Shown piece after piece: positions 27,720 through 39,312 of a DNA stretch of 64,000 bases. The notes under the pieces are model-generated. The model was not told where the DNA came from, did not search any database, and saw only the letters and a list, made by a program, of their open reading frames with translations. A program made the translations under genes and the position numbers. Position 1 is the first letter of the stretch, and every line of letters starts with the position of its first letter. Origin of the DNA: Simkaniaceae bacterium (lineage in GTDB: Bacteria > Chlamydiota > Chlamydiia > Chlamydiales > JACRBE01); assembly GCA_022763045.1 (NCBI GenBank), contig JALEGI010000003.1, positions 12,289 through 76,288 of the forward strand, read 5' to 3'.

Positions 27720-28943
27720 ATGAACCTTAAATATCTTCCATTTGTTTTTGCAGCTGCAATCACACTGACTGTCAGTGGTTGCCTTGCAACAGGATATAAA
27801 GGGACATCAACCGCGTTAACAACTGCTGTCAATCAACTCGAAGCGGTAAAAGCAAACGAAATTCTCTTCCACTGGCACCAGCAAAAGTCGGGAGGCCTCT
27901 ATACAACTCACCCGAGTCTAGCGCGTTATATCAATAAAGTGGGCTCAAGACTGGCACGCGTTTCCGACTTCCCAAAACTTCCCTATGAGTTTGTGATCGT
28001 CAACGACCCAGCTCCTCATGCGATAGCCTTTTTGAGTGGAAAAATTGCCATCAACCGTGGACTCCTTTTACAACTGGAAAATGAGGCAGAACTTGCTGCG
28101 GTATTAGCTCAAAATATTGCACTAAGCCCTCTGCTTTATAAGGGAATTCAAGAGAACAAATTTCCACTTTTTGCTCAATCGAGCTCTTCACTCAAAAAGA
28201 TCATCTTACAACAACTTGAATACCAACCCCTTCCTTTTGAAACCGAACTCGAACTCGACGCAAAGGCTGTTGAATACCTATCAAGAGCGGGCTATGAACC
28301 AAAAGCGCTTTTATCCCTACATTTTAAGTTGATGGGAGCAAAGCAGAAGATAAAGAGTTTTAGAGGACTCTCTATTCACCCCTACTCTGACAAGAGAATC
28401 AATGCTACGACAAAACTTCTTCAAGGTTATAATGAAGGTGGGTACTTTGGTAGCTCAACCTATCAAGAAGCGATTAAACCTCTAAAAAATACTGAATCTG
28501 CCTATGACCTTCTTGAAAAAGGCATGCTAGCGAGAGAAAATGAGGATTTTGAGGGGGCGCTGGGTAAAGCAGAGGGTGGACTTACAATTGAGCCACTTGA
28601 AGTCAACCTTCACCTTCTTAAAGGTCAGGCGCAAATGTACTCAAACCGCTTTGAAAATGCTCTACACGCTTTTAACAGAGCAATTCAACTCGATCCCGAG
28701 TACTACCGCTCCTTTTTAGAGCGCGGCATCCTCTTTTTTCAAGAAGAGAAATACACTGATGCCATAGAAGACCTTGAGGCGTCCTACAAACTACTGCCTT
28801 CGCAAGAAGCGGCCTATTTCTTAGCCAAGGCACACAAACAATTGGGCGAAATAGATATGGCAAGAAATTACTTCCAAGAAATTACCAACTACCAAAGTGA
28901 ATTTGGGCAAAAGGCTCAAGAAGAGCTAGAAGCGCTCAGATAA
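27720..28943 (+). CDS. BepA-like M48/TPR lipoprotein with degenerate active site
   Basis: Lipobox VSGC; M48 motifs (GKIAINRGLL, ELAAVLA, HP); HEXXH replaced by QNIAL; C-terminal TPRs. Confidence 0.85.
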   Translation: MNLKYLPFVFAAAITLTVSGCLATGYKGTSTALTTAVNQLEAVKANEILFHWHQQKSGGLYTTHPSLARYINKVGSRLARVSDFPKLPYEFVIVNDPAPHAIAFLSGKIAINRGLLLQLENEAELAAVLAQNIALSPLLYKGIQENKFPLFAQSSSSLKKIILQQLEYQPLPFETELELDAKAVEYLSRAGYEPKALLSLHFKLMGAKQKIKSFRGLSIHPYSDKRINATTKLLQGYNEGGYFGSSTYQEAIKPLKNTESAYDLLEKGMLARENEDFEGALGKAEGGLTIEPLEVNLHLLKGQAQMYSNRFENALHAFNRAIQLDPEYYRSFLERGILFFQEEKYTDAIEDLEASYKLLPSQEAAYFLAKAHKQLGEIDMARNYFQEITNYQSEFGQKAQEELEALR

Positions 28944-29482
28944 ATTCTTGTTTCTCCCCAAGGGAAGGATGCTGGCACTGAATCGATCTCTTTAAAAAGG
29001 GGCTCGCCAACACTCAAAACTTTGACTGGATATTTTTCGAGATGAGTTTTGAGCTCCCTTATTAGATACTCGTTCATACAGGTGCCTGCTAGATAGACCC
29101 AATCTACGCCTTCAAACCGAAGCGTGAGTAGATCGCGATTTTGAAACGCAATACCGCTCAGTTTTAAAAAAGAGACAACCCACTCAGCTCTCTCTATAAA
29201 TTTTGGGTTGTGATCAACTCCAAGAGTCACGCAGCCTGCTATGTGGTGAAAACAAAATGCAGCCCGACCAGTCCCAGATCCAAGATCAATCAGTGAATCC
29301 CCTTTTTTCACTCCAAAATAGTCTATAATTTGCTTCACTACCTCAAGCGGAGTCTCGCCGTAATCATGAAGCAATTTTGCGGCTCGCGATTGGTTAAATT
29401 TGCGCGCACACCGATAGGGGTTTTCCCACAAATAGGCAAGTGATAGCGCAAGGCGAATAGAGTGCGGAAGTAATTTTACCAA
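28916..29482 (-). CDS. Class I SAM-dependent methyltransferase
   Basis: YGETP, LIDLGSGTG, GVD. Confidence 0.85.
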   Translation of the reverse strand: MVKLLPHSIRLALSLAYLWENPYRCARKFNQSRAAKLLHDYGETPLEVVKQIIDYFGVKKGDSLIDLGSGTGRAAFCFHHIAGCVTLGVDHNPKFIERAEWVVSFLKLSGIAFQNRDLLTLRFEGVDWVYLAGTCMNEYLIRELKTHLEKYPVKVLSVGEPLFKEIDSVPASFPWGETRIYLSASSSS

Positions 29483-30447
29483 TTAATTGTTTGCCCAGGG
29501 TCTACAACACGAAAGGCAAGCGGATTGATGTTTGACTCTGCCAAAGAGAGATAGAGATCATAGGGCGGCTGCTCCATCCCTTCACCTGAGAGACAAAATG
29601 TCTTCCAATGCATCCCTAAACTCAGCTTTGACTTCACATCCTTGTGAATCTGAACCGCCTTGTCAGGATCGATATGAACAGGCGCCATAAACTCATGTGG
29701 GACATACGTTCCAATGGGAATCAAACTTAAATCAATATCGCTGAACCGATCGCCAATACGTTTAAAATCAACTGGATTATACCCAGTATCGCCCACAAAA
29801 TAAAGGCGTTTTGATTTTTTATTTCCCCTTTTGAAATCGAGCACCCATCCCGCCCAAAGAGTATTGTTTTGATGCCACCCCCCTCGTCCAGAGAAATGTT
29901 GGCAAGGCACAGCAGTTGCGGTAATTTTTAATGCCTTTGAGTCAACAACTGAGTGCTGCCACCAGTGGTGCTCATTGACATTGTAAATCCCCCTTCGGTG
30001 AAACCAGCGCTCTAGACCGACAGGTACAAGCCAGAGCATATTTGGGAAGCGCTCTTTAAGCTTTTTCACGCTCTTAGAGCAGAGATGATCGTAATGGTCG
30101 TGACTGACAACACATGCATCGATCTCTGGCAGATCCTCAATAGAAATTGCAGGAGCATGGTGGCGCTTAGGCCCAAAAAAGCGAAAAGGCGAACAGCGCT
30201 TGCCCCAAATTGGATCTGTTAAAATCCTAAAACCATCAACTTCAATAAGAAATGTGCAATGGTTGATCCAGGTAATCTGAGGCTCCATCTCATCGAGCCT
30301 CTCACTTGGATTGGGATACGAAAACCCCTTCGGCGGGCGCGGTGGAGGAAGCGCATCTTTATACCCTCCAACTTGCCACCAAACGATATCGACCAATCGT
30401 TTCTTAATGTCTTTAACGTGAGGGTTTTTGTATCTCTTTTTAAACAT
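29476..30447 (-). CDS. MBL-fold hydrolase, NAPE-PLD/RomA-like
   Basis: SHDHYDH, QHFSGR, GDTGY, IPIGTY, MHWKTF. Confidence 0.9.
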   Translation of the reverse strand: MFKKRYKNPHVKDIKKRLVDIVWWQVGGYKDALPPPRPPKGFSYPNPSERLDEMEPQITWINHCTFLIEVDGFRILTDPIWGKRCSPFRFFGPKRHHAPAISIEDLPEIDACVVSHDHYDHLCSKSVKKLKERFPNMLWLVPVGLERWFHRRGIYNVNEHHWWQHSVVDSKALKITATAVPCQHFSGRGGWHQNNTLWAGWVLDFKRGNKKSKRLYFVGDTGYNPVDFKRIGDRFSDIDLSLIPIGTYVPHEFMAPVHIDPDKAVQIHKDVKSKLSLGMHWKTFCLSGEGMEQPPYDLYLSLAESNINPLAFRVVDPGQTINW

Positions 30448-30511
30448 ATTACACTGTTATTTTACCAAAACAAACTAACATATATAATATGTAATTACAA
30501 AAGTCTACATT

Positions 30512-32029
30512 TTATTTAACAATTAAAGGAATTGATTCTGTTATTAAATCTGGACCATAAAACTGGATTGGACCTGGAAAGCGATAATCATCTGCGTATT
30601 TCCATGACTCGCGCTTTGAAGAGAAGCTTTTAAATGGGGCTCCATTGAGGTCAACTAAGGCTTTTTGGATGACAGGCTTCATTTTACCCTTACGCTCCTC
30701 CACGCATAGAAGGGAGGTGATAGGAAGAGCTGCAACTCCCCACTTTTCTATTGGTTGATGAATGTCTGTAACGCAAGCCATATAGCCAGTTTTTCCATGC
30801 GAGAGAATCACTCCAGCGCAGCTACCGAGCGCATAGCAATAATTAGCATCAAAGTGAGAGGGCAGCCCGCAGCGCCCCTCGTAGCCAAAAAAATGTTCTA
30901 CGGGTGAAAAGTTCTCAATCGTGAGCTCTTTTTTCACAAGCTCTAAGATGAGCTTTTCTGTTTGGATATGTGAGACTTGAACATTCCCATGAGGGTCGCG
31001 ATCCATTTGTAGCTGCTCTTGAATTGCAGAGGGTAAAGCGTGCAGCACCTTTTCTCCCTCTTTTGATAGCTCGCCTCGATTTAATTCTAAGATGAGCGAC
31101 TTAAGCTCGGGAATAAACTCAATTAATCCTTCCGGAATTAAAACGACGCCGTAATTTTTTCCCTCTCTAGCACGTTTTTCAATCATTTCCGCGAGCTCTT
31201 TTATGAGCTCACTGAGAGCTTTACCCGAGTGCTCGATCTCTTCAGATATAAAGGTGTAGTTGGGCTGCGTGCGCAGCGCGCACTCTAGAGCGATATGCGA
31301 GGCGCTGCGTCCCATAAGTTTAACGAAATGGTAGTATTTTTTTGCAGAAATTGCATCTCGAGCAATGTTTCCAATCATCTCCGAATACGTTTTGGTCGCA
31401 GTATCAAAACCAAAAGAGATTTGGACATAGGGATTTTGCAAATCACCATCAATTGTCTTGGGGACCCCAACAACATTCACCTGTGATCCTAAGTATTCTG
31501 CAAGTACTGCTGCATTTGTATTTGAATCATCCCCGCCAATAACAACCAGTGCTTCGAGCTTTAAACTCTCAATCGTCTCCTTAGATTTTTTTAATTGCTC
31601 TTCACTCTCAATCTTGGTGCGTCCAGATCCGATCATGTCAAATCCACCTTGATTACGGTAGCTAGCAATAAACTGAGAAGTTAACTCTTTGTAGTGCCCG
31701 TCGACAATTCCACCAGGGCCGCCCAAAAAACCAAAGAGCTTGGAGCCCTTTGGAAGAGAGTCAAAAAGGCCAGCAATCACATTGTGCCCACCTGCAGCTT
31801 GGCCACCAGACAAGACAACACCCACTTTTAAGGGTTTACGCTCAATTGAGTCACCGGTGGAGCCTTTTAAAATTGGAGCGCCAAAGAGTGTGGGGAATTG
31901 CTTTTCTATTTCTTCTTGGTGGGAGATACATGTTGTTGATTTTTGCCCCTCGAGCCTTACCTGATCGATATTTTGTAGTATTTTTGGCAATTTTGGCGCT
32001 TCACTCGCTCTTTGCTCACATAAATCCAT
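30512..32029 (-). CDS. pfp: Pyrophosphate-dependent phosphofructokinase
   Basis: SGGQAAGGHN, GGDDSNTN (PPi-type Asp), PKTIDGD, KLMGR, GYEGR; start ATG 32029 overlaps the sdaA stop. Confidence 0.95.
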   Translation of the reverse strand: MDLCEQRASEAPKLPKILQNIDQVRLEGQKSTTCISHQEEIEKQFPTLFGAPILKGSTGDSIERKPLKVGVVLSGGQAAGGHNVIAGLFDSLPKGSKLFGFLGGPGGIVDGHYKELTSQFIASYRNQGGFDMIGSGRTKIESEEQLKKSKETIESLKLEALVVIGGDDSNTNAAVLAEYLGSQVNVVGVPKTIDGDLQNPYVQISFGFDTATKTYSEMIGNIARDAISAKKYYHFVKLMGRSASHIALECALRTQPNYTFISEEIEHSGKALSELIKELAEMIEKRAREGKNYGVVLIPEGLIEFIPELKSLILELNRGELSKEGEKVLHALPSAIQEQLQMDRDPHGNVQVSHIQTEKLILELVKKELTIENFSPVEHFFGYEGRCGLPSHFDANYCYALGSCAGVILSHGKTGYMACVTDIHQPIEKWGVAALPITSLLCVEERKGKMKPVIQKALVDLNGAPFKSFSSKRESWKYADDYRFPGPIQFYGPDLITESIPLIVK

Positions 32030-33408
32030 TAACACTCCACATTTCCAACTGATACGGCAAGCCCTCCAATGGAGGTCTCTTTAAATTTGTGATGCATCTG
32101 CTCGCCCGTTTCACGCATGGCAGCAATCACCTCGTCTAGTCTAACTTTGTACTCGCCTTGAGTTTTAAGAGCAAGTCTTGAGGCATTGATCGCCTTGAGT
32201 GCGCCCATTGTATTGCGCTCGATACAGGGAATTTGAACAAGACCGCCAACTGGATCACATGTAAGCCCTAGATGATGCTCCATTGCTATCTCTGCAGCAT
32301 TTTCAATCTGCTCATTGGTCCCTCCAAGCGCTGCTGTTAAACCTCCTGCTGCCATTGAGGCGGCAACACCTACCTCTCCTTGACATCCCATTTCGGCCGC
32401 TGAGAGAGAAGCGCCAGCTTTGAAAAGAGAGCCGATTGCAGTTGCTGTTAAAAAAAAGCGAATGACCCCCTCGCGCTTGTACTGAGAAACAAACTTTTCA
32501 TAATAGTGCAAGACAGCCGGAATAACCCCAGCAGCCCCATTAGTTGGAGATGTAACCACGCGATGACCTGCCGCATTTTCCTCATTTACCGCAAGTGCGT
32601 AGAGTGAAACCCAATCAAAAATTTGCGCCGGATCTTGTGAGCGCGAGCGCTTCAAAGAGCGGAAGAGCTCAGGTGCGCGCCGCTTCACATTCAGCCCACC
32701 AGGCAATATGCCCTCTGTTGCAAGCCCCCTTTCAACACTCTCTTTCATCACACTCCAAATGCCCCAGATGCCTTTACGCACACTCGATTCCATGTCAAAG
32801 GCCATTTCGTTTTCAAGGACGACCTCCCAAATCATCTTGCCTGTATTTTTACAGTGTTTAGAAAGTTCGGCATAGGTTGAATACGGAAATGGTACAATAA
32901 AATCCGTCGAGCCCTCTTTTCTTACCTGCTTTACCTCTTGATGCGAGAGAATAAACCCTCCACCTGTCGAGTAATAAACCTCTTTGTGCAAGGTGCTACC
33001 CGTCTCAGACTTTGCGGTGAAACGCATTGCATTGGAATGGTAGGGTAGCCTCTTGCCCTTTTCAAAAATCATGTGTTGGGTAAGGTTAAAAGCGATCTCT
33101 TTTTCACCAAGCAGTTGGAGCTTTTTTGCATTTTCGATCGCATCGACAATCCCCATAATCCTAGAAATTGGGACATTTTCTGGAGAGTGGCCTTCAAACC
33201 CAAGTAAAAGAGCGCGATCGGTTCCATGACCATGGCCCGTCATCGCAAGAGACCCAAAGAGCTCAACAACAAGCGTTTGCGTCTGATGTAGCTTCCCAAG
33301 ATTCTTAAGCTTAAGAAGAAAGGATTTAGCAGCTCGCATCGGCCCCACTGTGTGGGAGCTAGATGGACCAATTCCGATAGAAAAAAGATCAAAAAGACTA
33401 GTAGACAT
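32029..33408 (-). CDS. sdaA: L-serine ammonia-lyase (Fe-S)
   Basis: GIGPSSSHTVGPM, PTNGAAG, GCQGEVG, EHHLGLTCDP, PCIERN. Confidence 0.96.
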   Translation of the reverse strand: MSTSLFDLFSIGIGPSSSHTVGPMRAAKSFLLKLKNLGKLHQTQTLVVELFGSLAMTGHGHGTDRALLLGFEGHSPENVPISRIMGIVDAIENAKKLQLLGEKEIAFNLTQHMIFEKGKRLPYHSNAMRFTAKSETGSTLHKEVYYSTGGGFILSHQEVKQVRKEGSTDFIVPFPYSTYAELSKHCKNTGKMIWEVVLENEMAFDMESSVRKGIWGIWSVMKESVERGLATEGILPGGLNVKRRAPELFRSLKRSRSQDPAQIFDWVSLYALAVNEENAAGHRVVTSPTNGAAGVIPAVLHYYEKFVSQYKREGVIRFFLTATAIGSLFKAGASLSAAEMGCQGEVGVAASMAAGGLTAALGGTNEQIENAAEIAMEHHLGLTCDPVGGLVQIPCIERNTMGALKAINASRLALKTQGEYKVRLDEVIAAMRETGEQMHHKFKETSIGGLAVSVGNVEC

Positions 33409-33508
33409 TAGATTACTTAATTATCACAAAGCAAACATCATACGAAATCCTTCACTCTTCTGTAAATCATTTTTCTAGACAAAGAACGTTAATAATTTTT
33501 TTTAATTT

Positions 33509-33537
33509 TTGAGATTTAACACTAAAACATATATACT
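33509..33537 (+). promoter_or_regulatory. Putative sigma66 promoter
   Basis: TTGAGA-N17-TATACT. Confidence 0.6.
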
Positions 33538-33564
33538 TGTATATAAACATTAAATTTTAGAACT

Positions 33565-34467
33565 ATGTCAGTTACTTCGTCATATAACAGCGCTGTGGAG
33601 GCTTTAGAGCAGCAGCTCAAAGCAACCTCATTGCACCAAGCTCTTGGCGTTGAAGTAAAGGCGACTCTTCCAAATATTCTTGATGCACATCAAAGATTGC
33701 ATGAACAGGTGTCTGAGCTCTCAGAAGTAGCTGATACATCCTTTCTACAGTCACGGACAACTGAGCTATACACTCAATGCTACGAGCGTTATGTCATGAA
33801 AGACCTTTCCGAGAAGTTAGCAGAAACTCCTACGACCTCCATTCCAACCTACGCGTATGTCCTTAGAACATATCAAAACTTCCCCCTCTTTTTGAAAAAT
33901 ATCATTACAAGCAGTTTTGGTGATTATGCGCGCAGTGAAGTCCTAACCCCTCTTGCCGCTGAGGTCACCTCGAAAGACTCAGTCGCTGAAAAAGTAAAAG
34001 CTGCTTTTGAATTAATAAAGCCCTACCGCGTAGACAACTTGATTGTAGCCCTACTCCGGGAAAGTATTAGCTCCATCATAGAGAAACCAATTACAATCCA
34101 TGATTTTCAAGAGGCCGGAATACCTACTGAAGATTTAGTATTTTTCTTCAAACAACATGCCGCACCTACTGAAACTAATGCAGCAGATACACCGTACGAA
34201 TCAATCTCTTTTTACAACAGGGTTTTTTCAAACGACCCTATTGATTCAGAGCTACCTAAACCAATTGGAATACTAGCGCCAGCCACCCCAGTTCCAGAAA
34301 GCGATATTCGTTCGAGCAGAAGATCAACTGCAGCCACTCGTGGGAAACCCTCTCCTGACCTTAGACCTAAGACAGCACCTAGTAAAATAGAAGAATTTTC
34401 CCCGCTACCCTCCCCTCGGATGACCCGTTGCACTTCAACTGGCCGTCTTAACATAAAACCCCTTTAG
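33565..34467 (+). CDS. Hypothetical protein, effector-like (S/T-rich N-terminus, disordered P/S/R tail)
   Basis: 300-aa ORF with own promoter; no family recognised. Confidence 0.75.
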   Translation: MSVTSSYNSAVEALEQQLKATSLHQALGVEVKATLPNILDAHQRLHEQVSELSEVADTSFLQSRTTELYTQCYERYVMKDLSEKLAETPTTSIPTYAYVLRTYQNFPLFLKNIITSSFGDYARSEVLTPLAAEVTSKDSVAEKVKAAFELIKPYRVDNLIVALLRESISSIIEKPITIHDFQEAGIPTEDLVFFFKQHAAPTETNAADTPYESISFYNRVFSNDPIDSELPKPIGILAPATPVPESDIRSSRRSTAATRGKPSPDLRPKTAPSKIEEFSPLPSPRMTRCTSTGRLNIKPL

Positions 34468-34477
34468 CACCAATTTC

Positions 34478-36537
<2,060 letters not shown>

Positions 36538-36713
36538 CTCGGCCCACATCAACCACTTACGTAAATCCAGTTTGTAAGAGATTGATTTTCTGCAAGATAC
36601 ACTTAATTACACTCTTTTTTTGAACCTAAGAGGTTGTCATGAGCCGATTAAAAAAATGTTGAGTGAAATAGGCAAAAGGGACATATTAAGCTATTATTTG
36701 AAAAAGGTGGAAT

Positions 36714-38243
36714 ATGGAAGAAAATCCCTTTCAGGAAATCGGTCATGGCGATCGAACCGTCAAACCGTGTATTTTAGTCATTTTTGGGGCAACTGGCGAC
36801 TTAACTGCGCGTAAGCTAGTACCTGCGATTTACAACCTGAAACGGGAGGGCCAACTCCCCTCACATTTTGCCTGCGTTGGGTTTGCTCGTAGAGAAAAGA
36901 CCCACGATCAATTCCGCGACGAGATGGAAAAGGGCATTAACAGCTTCTCGCGCGTTAAACCTGTAGACAAAGATCTTTGGAGTAACTTTCATGAGCAGCT
37001 CTACTACCACCAAAGCGAGTTTAGCGAAGATGATGGCTATCAGAGTTTAAAGAAATTTCTTGAAGAGCTCGATGAAAAGCTAGGGACCCAAGGAAATCGC
37101 GTTTTTTATCTCTCCACTCAGCCAAGTTTTTTTCCAACAATTATCGAAAAGTTGAAGAAAAATGGGCTGATTTACAACACAGATGATGAGCGCTTCTCGC
37201 GCGTCATTATCGAAAAGCCCTTTGGGCATAATCTGACCTCTGCAAAGGAGTTGCAAACAGATCTGATGCAACACCTCGATGAACAGCAGCTCTACCGTAT
37301 TGACCACTATCTTGGAAAGGAGACGGTGCAAAATCTCCTTGTTTTCCGCTTTGGGAATTCTCTTTTCGAGAATATGTGGAACAATCGGTATATCGATCAT
37401 GTTCAAATCACCGTTGCTGAAAATATTGGCATCGGTACCCGTGGAAGGTTTTACGAAGAATCGGGCCTTTTGCGAGACATTATCCAAAACCATATGATGC
37501 AACTTCTCAGTTTAGTTGCGATGGAGCCTCCAGTAAATTTGACTGCTGAGGCAATTCGCGATGAGAAGGTAAAAGTCCTTCAAAGCATCTCTCCATTCAA
37601 TGAAAAGACCTTTGAGTCCCACGCGGTACGGGGCCAATATGGTCCTGGATTTATTGAAGGTGAGGCTTGCAAGGGATATCGCGAGGAAGAAAATGTCGAT
37701 CCAAAATCGCAGATTGAAACCTATGCGGCTCTGAAGCTCTACGTGCAAAACTGGCGTTGGGCTGGCGTTCCTTTCTACTTACGTGGAGCTAAAAGAATGC
37801 CTAAGCGGGTGACTGAAATTTCCGTGCGTTTTAAAGATGCTCCGGGTATTCTCTTCCACCAGCCAGGGCAAAAAAACCGACCTAACGTTTTGGCAATTCG
37901 AATTCAGCCAAATGAGGGAATTGCCCTGAGAATGAACTGTAAAGTTCCAGGCCCCTCTAGCCCCATTCAACCCGTAACAATGGATTTTCGCTACGGACAA
38001 TTTTTTGGGATGGCGCCACCAGAGGCCTACGAACGATTGATTTGTGACTGTATGATTGGCGACAATACTCTCTTTACGCGAGAAGATGAAGTATTCAACT
38101 CTTGGCGGATTTTATCTCCCCTACTCGAATATTGGGAAAACAATGTCCCAGACGACTTCCCCAACTACCAGGCAGGAACTTGGGGCCCTGAGTCTGCGGT
38201 TGAACTACTTGCACGCCACAAGAGAAAATGGAGGCTACTGTGA
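36714..38243 (+). CDS. zwf: Glucose-6-phosphate 1-dehydrogenase
   Basis: GATGDL, IEKPFG, RIDHYLGKE, QNH. Confidence 0.98.
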   Translation: MEENPFQEIGHGDRTVKPCILVIFGATGDLTARKLVPAIYNLKREGQLPSHFACVGFARREKTHDQFRDEMEKGINSFSRVKPVDKDLWSNFHEQLYYHQSEFSEDDGYQSLKKFLEELDEKLGTQGNRVFYLSTQPSFFPTIIEKLKKNGLIYNTDDERFSRVIIEKPFGHNLTSAKELQTDLMQHLDEQQLYRIDHYLGKETVQNLLVFRFGNSLFENMWNNRYIDHVQITVAENIGIGTRGRFYEESGLLRDIIQNHMMQLLSLVAMEPPVNLTAEAIRDEKVKVLQSISPFNEKTFESHAVRGQYGPGFIEGEACKGYREEENVDPKSQIETYAALKLYVQNWRWAGVPFYLRGAKRMPKRVTEISVRFKDAPGILFHQPGQKNRPNVLAIRIQPNEGIALRMNCKVPGPSSPIQPVTMDFRYGQFFGMAPPEAYERLICDCMIGDNTLFTREDEVFNSWRILSPLLEYWENNVPDDFPNYQAGTWGPESAVELLARHKRKWRLL

Positions 38244-39310
38244 CATCAAAAATGGTTGTTCACCCTGCTGAAATTGAGGAGAAACTCGTCTCCATTTGGG
38301 ATGAGATGCAGGGCTCGGGAAAGATGCGCGCTTGCCTGTTTAACCTAGTGATCTATTCAAAAAAAGATCAGCGGGCTGCCTATCTTCAAAAGGTTGCCCA
38401 AAGTATCATTCAAAAGTTTCCCTCGCGGATTCTCTTCATTACTGAAGACACGGACAAAAGCGAGGGCAACCTCGTGTCGAGTGTCTCTGTCCTCAATGCT
38501 GAAGAACAAATCTATTGCGACTGGATTGATATTGAGGTCAGCGGCGATTTTCACAACCGCGTTCCATTTGTGATTCTCCCCCACCTTCTGCCTGATCTAC
38601 CAATTTATCTTGTTTGGGGTGGCGACCCCTGCTCTATTGACCCAGTAACTTTAAAAATCGAAAAGTTTGCCTCCAGAACGATTTTTGACTCGGAGACCTC
38701 TTGCGACATGTCGGCGTTTGCTAAAGCGACCCTTGAGCATCAGAAAAAAACTGGCTGTGATATTGCCGATCTAAACTGGGCAAGAATTGAGAGCTGGCGC
38801 CATCTTTTCGCCTCACTTTTCTATAATGGGCAAAAGCGCTCAGAGCTTGCAACTGCAAAGAAGATTATTATTCAGTACAACTCAAGAGAGACAGACTTTT
38901 TCTGTCATACGAAGACCCAAGCCATCTATCTTTCCACATGGCTTGCAACAATCTTGGGCTGGCAATTTTCAAACAAATCTGAAAGTGGCAAGGATTTAAC
39001 TCTCACATTTGGTGAGGTCGAAGTGGTAATTACACCCGATCTATATGACTCTCTTCCCCCGGGACGCATCCTATCTGTTGAAGTGCAGTTCAATGAAAAT
39101 GATAAACTCAAGCTACATAGGCAAAAAGATGCTCCCCACCAAGTCGATATCGAGACGTGTGAAAAGGATGTCTGTAAAATCGCCTCAAGAATCATTTTTG
39201 AAAAAGAGAGCTCAGGATCATCGCTTGTCAATGAAGTGTGTCACCCTGGAACCTCAAGCCACTACCTACGCGTTCTTGAAATGCTACTTTTGATGGAGCT
39301 TGATAAATAA
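38228..39310 (+). CDS. opcA: G6PDH assembly/effector protein OpcA
   Basis: LFNLVIY, PSRI, LLPDLPIYLVW, DLNWARI..WR; located between zwf and pgl. Confidence 0.88.
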   Translation: MEATVTSKMVVHPAEIEEKLVSIWDEMQGSGKMRACLFNLVIYSKKDQRAAYLQKVAQSIIQKFPSRILFITEDTDKSEGNLVSSVSVLNAEEQIYCDWIDIEVSGDFHNRVPFVILPHLLPDLPIYLVWGGDPCSIDPVTLKIEKFASRTIFDSETSCDMSAFAKATLEHQKKTGCDIADLNWARIESWRHLFASLFYNGQKRSELATAKKIIIQYNSRETDFFCHTKTQAIYLSTWLATILGWQFSNKSESGKDLTLTFGEVEVVITPDLYDSLPPGRILSVEVQFNENDKLKLHRQKDAPHQVDIETCEKDVCKIASRIIFEKESSGSSLVNEVCHPGTSSHYLRVLEMLLLMELDK

Positions 39311-39312
39311 GT

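Noticed and set aside
36620-36814. 64-aa ORF as a zwf leader peptide
   Set aside because: TTG start without SD, overlaps zwf out of frame, no features
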